NCBI GenBank assembly: GCA_951406725.2
Contig: OX597819.1
Span: forward strand, 25,068,001 to 25,316,000
Direction of reading: 5' to 3'
DNA from: Octopus vulgaris
Taxonomy: Eukaryota
DNA length: 248,000 bases
Below, piece after piece: positions 28,993 to 199,259 of the stretch (positions are counted from its first letter, which is position 1; the number at the start of each line of letters is the position of its first letter). Made by a program: the position numbers and the translations under genes. The notes beneath the pieces are model-generated. The model saw nothing but the letters and a program-made list of their open reading frames with translations. It did no database searches and was not told where the DNA came from.

Positions 28993-30915
28993 AAGAAGGA
29001 GAGATCAAACAATCACTTGATGAAGAAGGGACAGGGAGTGATAGGTTATTTGATGAAAAGAGAGGTAAGGTTTTGTAGTAGAGAGAACATTTTTGCATTG
29101 GAAGTAGAGAAGGTTTATTGAGATGGTGGGGTTGAGAGAATGGATAGCTTATTGACTTGTACAGAGAAGCGAAAAGAGCTGATGATGTCTTATTGTAAGG
29201 AGAAAGAGAAGGGAAGCAAATGGAAAATTTTTTGGATTGGATATAGTGTTTAGAGTGTAAGAGATAGGTTGGTGGAAGAGAGAGAGAGAGAGAGAGAGAG
29301 CATACATTGTATTGAATGGAAAGAAAGTGTAAAAGTTGAATTGGGGAATATAAAGGAATGGGAAGAAAGCAATGTGGGTGTTAGGTAACAGAGAGAGAGA
29401 GAGAGAGAGAGAGAAACTGTGTTTGTATTTGCATGTTCTCAGCTGTGTGAGTTATGTATACATATGTCATCTGTGTGTATAAGACTTTGGGTTTATGTAC
29501 TTGTTTGAAGAGATTGGATACAGAAAGGGAGAGAGAGAGAGAGATAAGTGGGTGGATCAAGCAAGCAGTTATTAGGCAATTTAAGAGATGGAGAGGAGGA
29601 GGAGGGGGAAATGGGAGTGGGGGGCAATATACAGGTAACTGTTGGTGGAAGAGGTGATAGATGATCAAAACTAAATAGATACCTCCTCCTCCTCCTCCTC
29701 CTCTTCATTCTCCTCCTCTCCCAAATAGGAGGAAGAGGAGGAGGGAACTGATCGAAGAAGGAAATATGAATATAATTTTAATACATCTTTGAGGCATTTC
29801 TCTTTTCCTCTCCTCCTACTCCTCTGCCTTTCACTCATTTTTATTCTCCACCATTTTCTTAATTCTCTTATTTTTTCTCCTTTTTCTTCTGTTTTTTTCT
29901 TTTCCTTTCTTTTTTCTATCTTTATACTTCTCTTTCTTTTTCTCCTCCTTATTTCTTTTCTTTTCTTTTTTTTCTTCATCACCATTTTATATTTGTTTTA
30001 TATTTTTTTACTATTATATATTCTGTTTATATTTGTGTTTTATTTATTGACTTTTGATTATTATTCCAGATTTTCTTTCTGTTTCCATGTATTTTTTTTT
30101 CTTCTTTGTTTTAGTTAGTTAGTTTGTTTGTTTGTTTGTTTATTTGCTTATTTGTTTGTGTTCTCAGTTCAAATGTTATCTCTGGATGTGTTTCAGCTGC
30201 AGTCAAATCCAGGCAAATCGATGGGGTTTACAGAACTTGGCCGCCGATGCAAGAAGAAAGAATTACATCCTGGCCCTCAGCATCTTTACCACTATCACCA
30301 ACGCTACCAACGAACAACAGTAATACCAACAACAACAACAACAACAATAAATAATTAATCAAAACTCAAAGAAAAGACAAATGCATTTTCTTTCCAAGAC
30401 GCAACTTACCATTGCAACTACAGAGGATTGTACCATTACTGCTATTCAGGAATAATAATATATTATTAAATATATATATATATAATATATATTGCATTTA
30501 TATATATTATATTTATACATGCAATATACTTTTGTGATTGAGTTGAAACACTTGAATTAGGATCACCATTGGATACCAAATTATACATCTACTAAAGAAA
30601 CACCCCACTAGTTCCATTTTTTTGGAATCTGTTTGAGCCAAATATAATTCTCCACTTTCCTTGTCTTTTTTTTTTTTCATCCATATTTGGTCTTTTATTT
30701 ATTTGATTGTTTGTTTACTTTTTGTAATTAAACAAAAAGTTGTTGCCACCAGTCCAGCCTATCACTATCCTGTACTATCTATAACTACTGTCCAATGCAG
30801 TCTGAGCCATAATATTACTAAAAAGAGGGTAGTGCTTTTCAAGTAAGAATTTCAACCACCACCATCACCACCACCACCACTATCACCGCCAAGGTATTGA
30901 GTTAACGGAGGAGAA

Positions 30916-30940
30916 ATGTCTGTAAAATTACCTGTCGACG

Positions 30941-30948
<8 letters not shown>
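30916..30948 (+). promoter_or_regulatory. Out-of-frame uORF overlapping the sema5 start codon
   Basis: ATG TCT GTA AAA TTA CCT GTC GAC GAT GCT TAG with a purine at -3. It spans ATG 30941 and ends before in-frame ATG 30983. Regulatory only if this region is in the 5' UTR. Confidence 0.45.
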
Positions 30949-185775
<154,827 letters not shown>

Positions 185776-185925
185776 TCACATGACTAAGTTGTGGTTATGG
185801 GGACAGTGGTAGCGATGGTAATGCTGTGTGTGTGTGTGTGTGATAGTGCCGTTGGTGTCGCGAATACAAAGATAATTGATATAACACAGGGAGAGTGAGT
185901 GAGCGATAGAGTGAGAGAAAGAGAA

Positions 185926-185995
<70 letters not shown>

Positions 185996-186916
185996 TAAAA
186001 CGAAAACGGGAGAGGGTGACTGAATTTGTAAAAGTATTTATATGAAATTAAATGAAAAATAAAGGAAAAAAAAAAAAAGGGAGAGAGAGGGAGAGAGAAT
186101 GGGTAGACAGAGACAAAGAAGGTAGAAAGAGTCGATAAAAGAGAAAAAGAAAACTAAGGGAGCACTTTTCATTGTATAATGCATTATATACATGAACACG
186201 GACAAATGTGTGTGTCTGTGTGTGTACGTGTGTTTGTGAGTATGTGTGTGTGTGTACGTGTGTTTGTGTGTGCGTGTGTATACTCTTCCAGCATGAAGTT
186301 GCATTGAACTCTTTTATGCTTTTGTATCACATGAGCAAAAACCACACACAGATACACACACGACCACACACACACACACACATACACACACACATACATA
186401 CATGCACACACATGCAGACGCGCACACATGCCTCACTCACATAATTTTGTGCATTTACTCAGTGTGTAAATTGATCACTACTTCAACAAGTGTAACGGAG
186501 TCCATGTTTCACTGACGAGGTCATTAGACCGAAACATTCCTAGAGTTATCTCCCATACCTGTCAGACGATATTAGTAATTTACTAAAATCGTATTTCTTT
186601 CGAATCAGCTCAATAATCCTCCACCCATTAAATATGTTTCTAATAACTTAACTACAAGTAACATTTTATTCTTTTAGCCGTTGCTTGTTTCAGTCATTGG
186701 ACTACGACTACAGCGGGGCGCCGTCTCAAAGCGTTTTAGTCCAAGATATTGACTCCTACTCCAGTATTTATCTTAAAGCCTGGTACATATAGTATTGGCC
186801 AGTTTTACCGAACCGCAAAGTTGGGGCAACTTAAACAAACCAACACCTGTTATCAACCAGAACAAACACATAGGTGCCATGCAGTGGGACTGAACCCACA
186901 AATGTATATAAACATG

Positions 186917-186991
<75 letters not shown>

Positions 186992-188274
186992 GTGTGTGTG
187001 TGTGTGTGTACGTATATATCTATGTGTGTATATATACGTATGTTTGTGTATGTGTACGTACGACGAGCATCTTTCAGTTTCCGTCTACTAAATCCACTCA
187101 CAAGACTTTGATCGAACCGGGGCTATAGTAGAAGACATTTGCCCCAGGTGCCACGCAGTGGAACTGAACCCAAGATCATATGATTAGGATGCAAGCTTCT
187201 AACTATATAGACATGCCCGCGCTTATAAATTTCAAACTGGAAGAAGCTGTTGTGGTATGGAGTAGAAGGACGGCGTATCTTTTTGGCTAAAACGCTGTCT
187301 TGTAGAGAGCGATGCTTCTGATGGCATCCAAATAAAATAAAAATAAAAACAAACATCTCTTCATTTAGTCCCATAATCAGAAAACATCTCTTTCCTACCC
187401 ATATGCAAACTAATACAGTTCTCTCACAGCTGTTTTGCTGTATCTTTCTACCCGTGTCTCTCTTTCCTTCTCTCCTCCATCTCTCTGTCTCTCCTTCACC
187501 TCCCTGACTTTCTCTCTCTTTCTGTTCCTCTCTCTGACGAAAGTTTCTTCTTGGAAAGTCAGTCTTTTTCTTTGCTGAAAGAGAAAATCAATCTATTCCT
187601 TTGAAGTGTTTATAATCTCTAATTACCGACACAGTCTATCACTGTTTACCTCCGATCTTACTGTTTACTTACTTGATATAATTTCACATCTCTCATACTT
187701 TCTGTCTCTCCGTATTATTGCATTAGTGTCCTGTTATTATTTGACAATCAAACAAAATCTTCATTAACTTTAATAAAAATCGTTGTCATTGAAAGCGAAA
187801 TGAAAGAAAAAAAAAATTAAAGAAAGAACATAAAATCCCACATCAGCGTCCCAAAATAATGGGAATAGGGAAAATAAATGCGTATGTAGAGAGTTAATCT
187901 ATGAATAAACTAAAACACACACAAATACAGCGCTATTAATAATTATCTATCTACCTATTCACTTAAATTCGCACGTGTGTACATGTATATGTGTGCGTGT
188001 GTGTGTGTGTGTTTAACTGGATGACAGAGTACTTAGCATCAGAAAGGGAGATAATGAACTCCTTCAAAGAATTTATGTTAATTAAGACAACAATTATAAA
188101 ACCAGAATTAGAATCTCAAAGAACGCTTGGATGAATAATTGTGGACTTTCGTCGGCATGAAACCTTAGGTTTTATGAGATTATTAAGATCCATTACAAAA
188201 ACCACACACACACTCATGCACATATATATATCTGTATCTATGTATGTGTGTACGTGTGTATGTATATGTATGTT

Positions 188275-188306
<32 letters not shown>

Positions 188307-188418
188307 TACACATATGTGTCTATGCATGTGTGTCTCTATGTGTATTTGAGAATAAACTGAAGTAATTTCTGAAATATTCTGTAACATGGAGATCTTTAGA
188401 AGCAAGATTCAACGTGTA

Positions 188419-188461
<43 letters not shown>

Positions 188462-189791
188462 AATAAAATATATGTATGTATGTGAATGTGCATGCGTTAA
188501 CAAATTGGGAAGCAAATATTGCGTCTTTGTTTGTGGCAATACTGTTTTCAGAGCTGTCTCCTGTATCAAGTAAGACGTTGGCGAAGTTAGACAAGATCCT
188601 TGTAGATAAGGAGCCAGAATGCAAGGCTTCAGATGGGAATAAATGTCAACTTACAGACTATATGATGCACAAGAGAAGGCATCTTTTCCTTTCTTGCCAC
188701 AAATTTGGTTGTGGATAGTCCTCTCAACATAAAAAAAAAAAAAAAAACAGAAATCAATATATGTGGGCGAAAATATCCAGAACAAATTTATGAAACCAAT
188801 TCTTTCAAGAAGAAATATTTCGTAATTATCTCCCTTGCCAACATTCATCTGAGAGAACATTTAACAGTAAAAAAACAATCAACAATAACAACAATCAATC
188901 GTACAAAGAAGACCTGCTATGTCTTTCTTTTATATAGTTTTTATTTTTTTTTTATAATATTTTTATAGTCATTTCGCCTTGGGCCACAACAGTTCGTTCA
189001 GTTGTACGTCGGCAATTTCCGGTATCTGGGTCCAAGTTCATTATAATGTTTATTTCCATGGACTTTTTCATATGACCCTCATTTGTTTCTTTTTTTTTTT
189101 TTAATAAATATCGTTTTTTTTTGCATTTGTTTTGTTGATTTGGTGATATAGGGCGAGAGCGATAGAAAACATTAGTTTTAAAACTGATGTTTAATCAACT
189201 CAAAGAAGCAACGTTGAGGTTGTTTAGTCTGACGCGTTTACTAGTCAGCCAGCACCCGGTGTCTGCTTAAGAAACCATTACATTTTGTATTATCTACATT
189301 GTTATAAAATTTATAAATACATACATAAATAAATAATAAATGAATAAATAAAAATATGTAATTAAATACACGTCTGTATTTATTTTATTTTTGCATATCT
189401 TTTACTGATTTCAGTCATTGGAGAACAGCTATGCTAGTGAAGTCCTTTGATTCCTGTTTTACTCTACAGGACTCCCTATAGCCATTTGATGTTTAAATAG
189501 AATCCTACTGCATTTTTATAATTAAAGGAATTGTATAAAAGAATGGTTAAAATGTTTTGTGTTTGTAAGAAGTATTATTAATTTGATGCACATAACTTTT
189601 AACAACAAAATCTTATATGGACACCCAAGGATCATATGGACCCCAAAGGGTCATATGCCCTCCCCCCACCAAGGGCTATTTGGTCTCCAGTTGAGAACCA
189701 CTGGTTTCGACTATCCTATCGACCTATTACATATTTCAATCTGGTTCTTAGTTGATAGACTTCTGACAACCGGGCACAAGTCGACACTTGT

Positions 189792-189853
<62 letters not shown>

Positions 189854-190583
189854 GAGGGTGTGATGAAGATGAATAAACTGTCGTCTAAATTACGCAAAAA
189901 TGAAAATAATACTGACGTCTTATTTTAACAAATATATTTACCAAAATTACATAAAAATATCTTGAAATTCTAATGAGTAAATTTATTCAATAAAACTGCC
190001 ATTGACTTCAACCACGGCCTCCAGACGACTTCGGAATCTCCTTCAAATCTTCTGGACCGTCTCCCTGTTTAAGTTGATGAATGCTGCCATAATCCTTGCC
190101 TTCAGTTCATCTTAGCTTTATTTGCTTCGAGATTCGTTGTTCCAAATAGCTTTATTTGCTTCGAGATTCGTTGTTCCAAAATGAATTATTTCACTTTCAC
190201 GAAATTTCTAAATTCCTATGATATACCAACAATATATACCTTTTAGGAGTTCCGGTCATTTGAATTAAGATATGCTGGGATACCAACTAGAAGTGATTTT
190301 CTTTTAAGATCATCGTTTCCATCTTGTCTTTATTTCTATATACTCTTCACTCTCTTTTACTCTTTTACTTGTTTCAATCATTTGACTGCAGCCATGCTGG
190401 AGCACCGCCTTTAGTCGAGCAAATCGACCCCAGGACTTTATTCTTTGTAGGCCTAGTACTTATTCTATCGGTCTCTTTTGCCGAACCGCTAAGTTACGGG
190501 AACGTAAACACACCAGCATCGGTTGTCAAGCGATGTTGGGGGGGGGGGAAACACAGACACACAAACACACACACACACACACA

Positions 190584-190629
<46 letters not shown>

Positions 190630-192326
190630 CGCATACACACACATATATACATATATACGACGGACTTCTTTCAGTTTTCGTCTACCAAATCCACTCACAA
190701 GGCTTTGGTCGGTCCGAGGCTATAGTAGAAGACACTTGCCCAAAGTGCCACGCAGTGGGACTGAACCCGGAACCATGTGGTTGGTAAGCAAGCTACTTAC
190801 CACACAGCCACTCCTGAATATTGATAATTATTTTATCGATCATTTGTTCCAATAACTAAATTATACAACACCGATTTACACATACATACATACATACATA
190901 CATACATACATACATACATACATACATACATACATACATTTTCAAACATGCGTACACATAATGTAAGCAAATAGGCTTCAGCACAGTTTTGCTCACCCTA
191001 AGTATACATACAGAGAACATGATGTCGTGCAGTGGCATTGTATCTGAAAACCACAAGATTGCTTAAACACATCAATTAATTTATGTTCGTCGTAGCTTTT
191101 CTTGTAAGAATGAAAGGCAATACAGAATACAAATGAATAATGGGATGGAATGCAAAAGAAATAATGTAAATATTCTCTAGAATCTTCATATTTTGTTTTC
191201 TTTTCATATTCCTATATCGAAAAGAATGTATATATTACTAAAGCAGAGTTTAAATAATATGCACCTGCTCGTATCGTTTATCAATAACGTTTACTGATGC
191301 TACACACTCGCTTACACACATATATACACACACACAGCAGACACACGTATACTCTAACACGTTCACATTTTCACTCATGCCTACACATACACACACACAC
191401 ACACACACACATACATGTGCTCACACATTTTCTCAAGCACAAATATATGCACATACACAACTATTAAAATGTTTAACAAAAGCCATCTTAATACTGATGA
191501 ATATTCTTTGTACACATTGTCAACAATTATTGACGTAGGAGTGGCTGTGTGGTAAGTAGCTTGCTTACCAACCACATGGTTCCAGGTTCAGTCCCACTGC
191601 GTGGCACCTTGGGCAAGTGTCTTCTACTATAGCCTTGAGCCGACCAAAGCCTTGCGAGTGGATTTGGTAGACGGAAACTGAAAGAAGCACGTCGTACATA
191701 TGTATAAATATATAAGTATGTGTTTGTATGTCTGTGTTTGTCCCCTCCCCAATATCACTTGACAACCGATGCTGGCGTGTTTACGTCCCCGTAACTTAGC
191801 GGTTCGGCGAATAAGTACCGATAGAATAAGTACTGGGCTTACAAAGAATAAGTTTTTGGGTCGATTTGCTCGACTAAAGGCGGTGCTCCAGCATGGCCAC
191901 AGTCAAATGACTGAAACAAGCAACAAGAGTAAAAGAGTAAAGCCACAAACGTACACATGACCGCCTATGATAACTGGTACTTATCAATTCCTGCAGCCTG
192001 TTCGAATTGTTACCGTAGCGGATAAAATGTTTAGCAGCATCTCTTTCGACTTTGATTCTTTCTGAGTTTAACTGCCACTAAGGTCGACTTTTGCCTTTCA
192101 TCCTTTCGGGGTCCATAAAATAAGTACCAGCTGAACACCGGAACTGATGTAATTGACCTCCTCCTCCTCCTCCTCCTCCTCCTACCTCAAAATTGCGGGC
192201 CTTGTGCTAAAATTAGAAAGAGCTATCGATTTCCCAAGGGACATGCAAAGCAATTTCAAACATGAGGAGATCGGGGCTGAAAGAGTAAAGAGACAATCAT
192301 ACACACACACACGCACGCGCGCACAC

Positions 192327-192362
<36 letters not shown>

Positions 192363-192864
192363 GTACCCGCCAACACGCCCGCCAGCACGCCGCACGCCCA
192401 CACGACTACCCACCCGCCCGACCGCCCACACGACCGCCTGACCGCTCGACCACCCACCCACACACACACACACACGCACACGAGCATACACATACATTGC
192501 TGCGTTACTTAATGTCGTATTTCGTCTACCGTTACGTTCCGAGTTCAAATTCTGCCGAGGTCGACTTTGCGTTTCATCCTTTCGGGGTCGATAAATTAAG
192601 TACCAGTTGCGCACTGGGGTCGATATAATCGACTTAAATTCGTTTGTCTGTTCTTGTTTGTCCCCTCTATGTTTAGCCCCTTGTGGGTAGTAAAGAAACA
192701 TATATACTCTACGTTACTTAATGTCGCAGGAGCGATAAAAGTGTACGCAATACATATCACAGAGGATATAGTTTTTTTCGTAAATTATAACTGAAGCTGA
192801 GAGTTTACCTGATCCCACGCCCGCGCGCACACAAACACCCGCACGCACGCACGCACACACGCAG

Positions 192865-192902
<38 letters not shown>

Positions 192903-193460
192903 GCACACATAGCACCAAAATTGTGAAACCTTTGAAACGCGTACTCTATAGATGTGCGACCGATAGTGTTTACAATATTCGAGTTGCTTTTAATTCGAAA
193001 TTCAGCAACTTGGAAGCTTGGTTGGTTGGCCGGTTCGAGAATGGGAGTCTTGGTAGTCGGTCTTCTATGACAATTGAGTGTCCGCGCTAAGCTCGGCATC
193101 AATATGGTGCTGAAGAGGGAGCTCATCAGGACCAGGTTGTCTAAGGAGGGTCGCTTCGGCCCAGGGCGGATACGCAACAGGCAAAAGACTCTGTGTCGAG
193201 CTGTAGTGGGATCGCGCCTGTAAATAGTCGTCGGCTGGCAGCCTATCCGATATAATTGAACTCCAACCTTTTTAGAAAGAGCCAAAAAAAAGAAAAAGGC
193301 GGTGCTCCATCATGGCCACAGTCAAATGAATGAAACAAGTAAAAGAGTAAAAGAGTAAAAGAGTATGTGCCACGCTACAGCATATCAGCGAACAGACTTC
193401 ACAGTATAGGCATATATGTCGTAGACCGGTGATTCAGTACGTTTCGAGGTGAACCGAGTA

Positions 193461-193509
193461 AATGATGCTGAAGAGCGGTAACGATAGCGAAATATCGATA
193501 CCTGTCATT
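193461..193509 (+). ncRNA. Possible hammerhead ribozyme
   Basis: AATGATG CTGAAGA GC-loop-GC GAAA T ATCG ATA CCTGTCATT. Stem I needs a bulge and stem II is only 2 bp. Confidence 0.4.
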
Positions 193510-193715
193510 CTAGTTTATATCGAGTGCGTTGTCTCGTCACCTCGGCGTCGAGTCGGGAGCTTTTCCAAGATGCTATACCATAGCATATAGGTGTATAAAC
193601 AAAACATATACACTATGTATAATGTACACATATGCACGCACGCACGCACGCACGCTTGCACAGATGAATACGCGCCCGCATATAGACACACGCACATACA
193701 CACACATGCACACGT

Positions 193716-193767
<52 letters not shown>

Positions 193768-193775
193768 TTACGATT

Positions 193776-193986
193776 GGTTGCAGAAAAGTTCCTGGCTTTG
193801 TGTAAAAGAAAATACAGGAGGATCCATTAATTATGATTTTATCCAACATATTCCCCTCTCAGATTCACACACTTGTTGCGGTGGTTCTTCAGTTCTTTTA
193901 GGCACTGTAAATGAACTCGGAAGGTTGGGCCTCCAACCAGGCCTTTCGCAACACCTTTAAAGCCAGGAACTTTTCAGCAGCCCCTT
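193776..193986. mobile_element. mariner-type MITE family (about 210 bp)
   Basis: TIR gctgaaaagttcctggcttt / aaagccaggaacttttcagc. Copies at about 19758-19966 and 204146-204358. Confidence 0.65.
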
Positions 193987-195383
193987 GTGTTTATTTGTTA
194001 TATGCGTCGTGGGTATGACATCAAACTGCATCCCGTGAGGAGGTTCCTCTTAGGATATATAAACATGTATACGTATGTGTACGTATATATCTTTCAGTTT
194101 TCGTCTACCAAATCCACTCACAAGGCTTTGGTCGGGCCGAGGCTATAGTAGAAGACACTTGCCCAAAGTGCCACGCAGTGGGACTGAACCCTGAACCATG
194201 TGGTTGGTAAGCAAGCTACTTACCACACAGCCACTCTGGAGTTGTAGGGAGCGTGGACTTGTCTCTTAATTATTACTGTACTCGGATCTGTTCTCACCCG
194301 GAAAGGTAGTTCCAATCAGGTTTCCAACTATGGAATAAATAGATTTCCAAGAGGTAGAAGAGGTTTCCGTTACTTTTGACAAAGCCATGGGGAAGGCAGC
194401 TCTTTTTGGAGAAAGATACACCGACATAAAACTTGTAATCAAAAGAGTACCAGTCATCTTGCAATACTTGTCACTGGAATCCATAATAGCAGCCGAGAGA
194501 GTGGCAGAAGTATTGTACAAGCTTTTGTCACTTATTCAATGATGCACAGATGTCTCACTATCATTTCATTTCTTGATCCGTTTGTATTTTATAACGTGCA
194601 AAACAACCCCCGTCCAATGGACGGTGCTGAGCTGTCAAACATTTAAACCAAATTTTCTCAAAACAACTTGTCCGACCGTCCCATAGGCCTCCCCTTTAAG
194701 AAACACTGATTTAACCTAAATTTGAGACACCAACAAAAGAAGAAATAAAGATAGACTTTTTTCTATTCCAAAGAAAAGCGATTTTATTCACACAAATATG
194801 CAACTGAAGAGTTTAAAGTACCAGTAATGATAAGGCTGTTGACTGAGAGAACACAAACATGGTTTAAACAGTAAGCTTGGCAGGAAAGAAACGCGACTTT
194901 AAGCAGTACAAAAACAACAAAAAATGGAAGGTTCAGTTATGTACAGGTTGACGGAAGAAAAGCAGGACAAAAATGGGATGGAGGATGCCCGAGATCCTAG
195001 AAGACAGACAGACAGACAGACAGACAGAACGGATTTTATATAATAGATATATTACGGAGATGTACTTGCATAGGAAGTGACTTCTTCCGAGATCGTGTGC
195101 TGAAGATGATCGCGTGGAAGATGTTCGTAAGCCATTCAAAATCACACAAAAACCGTTAGTTTCACTTCAACATTTAGCTTTCATTTGTGTCAAAATATTT
195201 TCGTCGCTTTGAAACCGCGGCTTGTTTATTGACAAAACTTCGTGCTGCATATCAAAGTTTTGTCAGTGAACAGTTCGTGCTGTCAAAGCGACGAATATAT
195301 TTTGACACGAGTGAAATTTAAATGTAGAAGTGAAACTAACGTCCTTTGTGTTTTCTTAAATGGCTTACAAACATCTTCCACGC

Positions 195384-195432
<49 letters not shown>

Positions 195433-195520
195433 CAGGTATGTCATATTTTCCGTTTGGTTTCTTTTTATTTAATCCTGAATATATCATTTATGTAACGCAT
195501 GTACTCATTAATTTTTTTTA

Positions 195521-195578
<58 letters not shown>

Positions 195579-196662
195579 TATATATATATATATACTAGCA
195601 GTATCGCCCGGCGTTGCTCGGGTTTGTTTCGACCCGCTGGAATTGGAATTTTTGAAAAGTAAAAATTCTGCATTATGTAGCTTGTTATTCTCTTCAAGTG
195701 AACATTTTTCTGGTTGAAATACATCGAAAAGTGGCGACACAGCAGTGAAAAAATCGTAAAAATAGGGATTTTCATAGAAAAAAAGCACCTTTTTGATGTA
195801 AATAACTTTTGGTGTTAACATGGTCCGATTTGAAGTTCATCTTCTACGGAAGGAAGAGCAACCCTTCTATCATACTCTCAATTTTGGTCAACTTGCGCCG
195901 CAGGGTCTCGGAGGAGATAGTGTTAGTTGAAGGCTACCAAACCTGCCGCACACAGACAACTTCAGCTTTATATATAGAGAGATAACACACACACACACAT
196001 CAATACACATACATACACACACATACACATGTATGTATATATGTACATCTGTCCACTTCTTGCCATATTTTTATCCTTCACTTCCTACACACACACACAC
196101 ACTCACACACACACACACATACACGCACGCATGCACACTTACACACACACACATACACGCACGCATGCACACTTACACACACACACACACACACTTTCTT
196201 AGCTTACAATTTCTTTCTTTCAACAATTGACAACTGAAGTACGTTCGCCAATGAATACTACCAAAAGTTAGCGACAGATCTCTGTTTCCTTTTTTATGTT
196301 GAGGATTGGTTTAAGCATTAATAAGAGGAAGTAGCAGAATGTGTGATGTTGAATAAGAGTTGCAGAAAGAGGATATGATAGTGGTATACACTTGCAAAGA
196401 GAAAGTAGGAGAAAGTGTGGTAATAGCAGGAGTAAAGCATTTGAAATGAGAGAGGCAAATCGTAAAATATTGAGTTTTCTCGAATTTTTGCTTAATTGGG
196501 GGTGAAATTGAAAAAATGTATAAGCCATAATCCAATCGAATCTACTTCGAAAAATCATAGGTAAATTCCAATTGAAGAAATTCTATATTGTACAATTGTA
196601 TTAAAAACAAACATAGTCAGAGGCAGAGAAAATCTGCCTTTTATCATAAGAGATATAATATA

Positions 196663-196693
<31 letters not shown>

Positions 196694-197036
196694 AGAGAGA
196701 GATTTCTGTAACGTACCATCCACCCAATTGCACTGAAGCCTTCAGTCGCTTCCCGCAGCTATAGTGGAAAACATAATCGCCTAAGGAAATGCGTTTTATG
196801 TTTGTAAATGACTGTGTAGTTAAGAAACTAGCTTTGCAATCCCGTAGTTTCGGGTTCAGTTCAGATGTGTGGCACCTCGACCGAGCGTCTTCTAATATAG
196901 TCCGGGGCCGGTCAATGCTTTGTTAAGTGAATTTGGTAGAAGGAAGCTGTGTAGCAGATAGTTTTCTGCACACATTTATACGTAAATGTGTGTGTGTGTG
197001 TGTGTGTGTGCATGTGTGTGTGTGTTTGTGTGTGTT

Positions 197037-197089
<53 letters not shown>

Positions 197090-197622
197090 GAGAGATTTGT
197101 TTTGTCCCCACCATCTTTGTTTACGCGCCTCCGTAACTTAACTGTCTGACATAAGCGAGTGATAGAATAAATAGCCCCCCCCCAAGAATTATTTGGATCG
197201 ATTTGTTTGATTAAACCCTTCTAGACGGTATCCCAGCATGGCAGGAGTCCTATGATTAAAACAAGCTAAAGATAAAAGATAAGACATGAATATATTTGTA
197301 CATAATCTCTGAGTTTTTATCTCCATCACTCCCTCCCTTTCATTATCTCTGTCCCTTTCGCTTATTTGTCTTCATTCACTGCCCCCCCTCCCAACTCCAC
197401 CAGTAGAATAAATCCATTTCTTTATTTAGTTACATACATGAATTAAATACTTCCAGAAATAACAATTTCTTTCAAGAAACATTACGATTTAATCCTGTGG
197501 AGATATAGAATTATATACAGATGTAACTGAATTCATATATATATATATATATATTGATAAAAATGGTAAGATAACAAAAAGAAAGAAAGAAACTTCGATA
197601 TTACGTAAGATAGAGGAATTTA

Positions 197623-197659
<37 letters not shown>

Positions 197660-197666
197660 CATATAT

Positions 197667-197701
<35 letters not shown>

Positions 197702-197712
197702 CATACATATAT

Positions 197713-197766
<54 letters not shown>

Positions 197767-198153
197767 ATATATACATACAAACATACAAGCATACATATAT
197801 ACATACATACAAAAATACATACATATATTTACATACAAATAATTATATTTATGTATGTCTGCATATATATATATATATGTATATATATACATATATATAT
197901 GCAGACATACATAAATATAATTATTTGTATGTAAATATATGTATGTATTTTTGTATGTATGTATATATGTATGTTTGTATGTTTGTATGTATATATATAC
198001 ATATATATATATGCATCATATATATATCATTATATAAAAGCATAATTATATATATATATATATATGTGTGTGTATGTCTGTCTGTGTGTTTGTGTATCGG
198101 TGGTACACAGGTATGTAAGTGTGTTCATATGTATATAAAAATATTCTTGGACT

Positions 198154-198186
<33 letters not shown>

Positions 198187-198784
198187 CAAGGGCACACACA
198201 CATACATACTCACACACTATTTAAAGATCATGTTTTAATGTTCTAAACATTAAAACGAATATATTTAACAGGGAATTATTGAATACAGGATGCGACATAA
198301 TCACATCCGATTTAAGAATAATTATGCGCAATGCACGTTATGTAATCAATAACTTATATATATATAGGCGTAGGAGTGGCTGTGTGGTAAGTAGCTTGCT
198401 TACGTACCACATGGTTCCGGGTTCAGTCCCACTGCGTGGCACCTTGGGCAAGTGTGTTTTACTATAGCCTCGGGCCGACCAAAGCCTTGTTAGTGGATTT
198501 GGTAGACGGAAACTGAAAGAAGCCTGTCGTATATATGTATATATATGTTTATATGTATGTCTGTATATGTTTGTGTGTCTGTGTTTGTCCCCCTAGCATT
198601 GCTTGATAACCGATGCTGGTGTGTTTACGTCCCCGTCACTTAGCGGTTCGGCAAAAGAGACCGATAGAATAAGTACTGGGCTTACAAAGGAATAAGCCCT
198701 GGGGTCGATTTGCTCGACTAAAGGCGGTGCTCCAGCATGACCGCAGTCAAATGACTGAAACAAGTAAAAGAGTAAAAGAGTAAA

Positions 198785-198817
<33 letters not shown>

Positions 198818-199259
198818 CGCAAGTGTGGCTGTCTGTTAAGAACCACATGGTTCCGGGTTCAGTTCCACTGTGTGGCACATTGGGCAAGTGTCTTCTACTA
198901 CAGCCTCGAGGCAATCAAAACCTTGTGAGTGGATTTGGTTGGCGGAAACTGAAAGAAACTTGTATATATATATATATATATACATATGTATGTGTGTATG
199001 TGTGTATGAGTGTTTATGAGTGTGCGTCTGTGTTTGTCCTCCCCGCCATCGCTTGACAACCGATGCTGGTGTGTTTATGTCCTCGTAACTTAGCGGTTCA
199101 GCAAAAAATATGATAGAATAATTACTAGGCTTACAAAGAATATGCTCTGGGATCGACTAAAATCCTTTAAGGCGGTGCTCCAGCATGCCCAGAATCAAAT
199201 GAGTGAACCAAGAGAATAAAAGAACAACACACACTCACACACACACACGTATACATATA

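Noticed and set aside
186505-186545. CTGACGA GGTC-ATTA-GACC GAAA hammerhead-like core
   Set aside because: Stem II is perfect, but no stem I or valid stem III and cleavage triplet can be built in any topology. At best a decayed relic.
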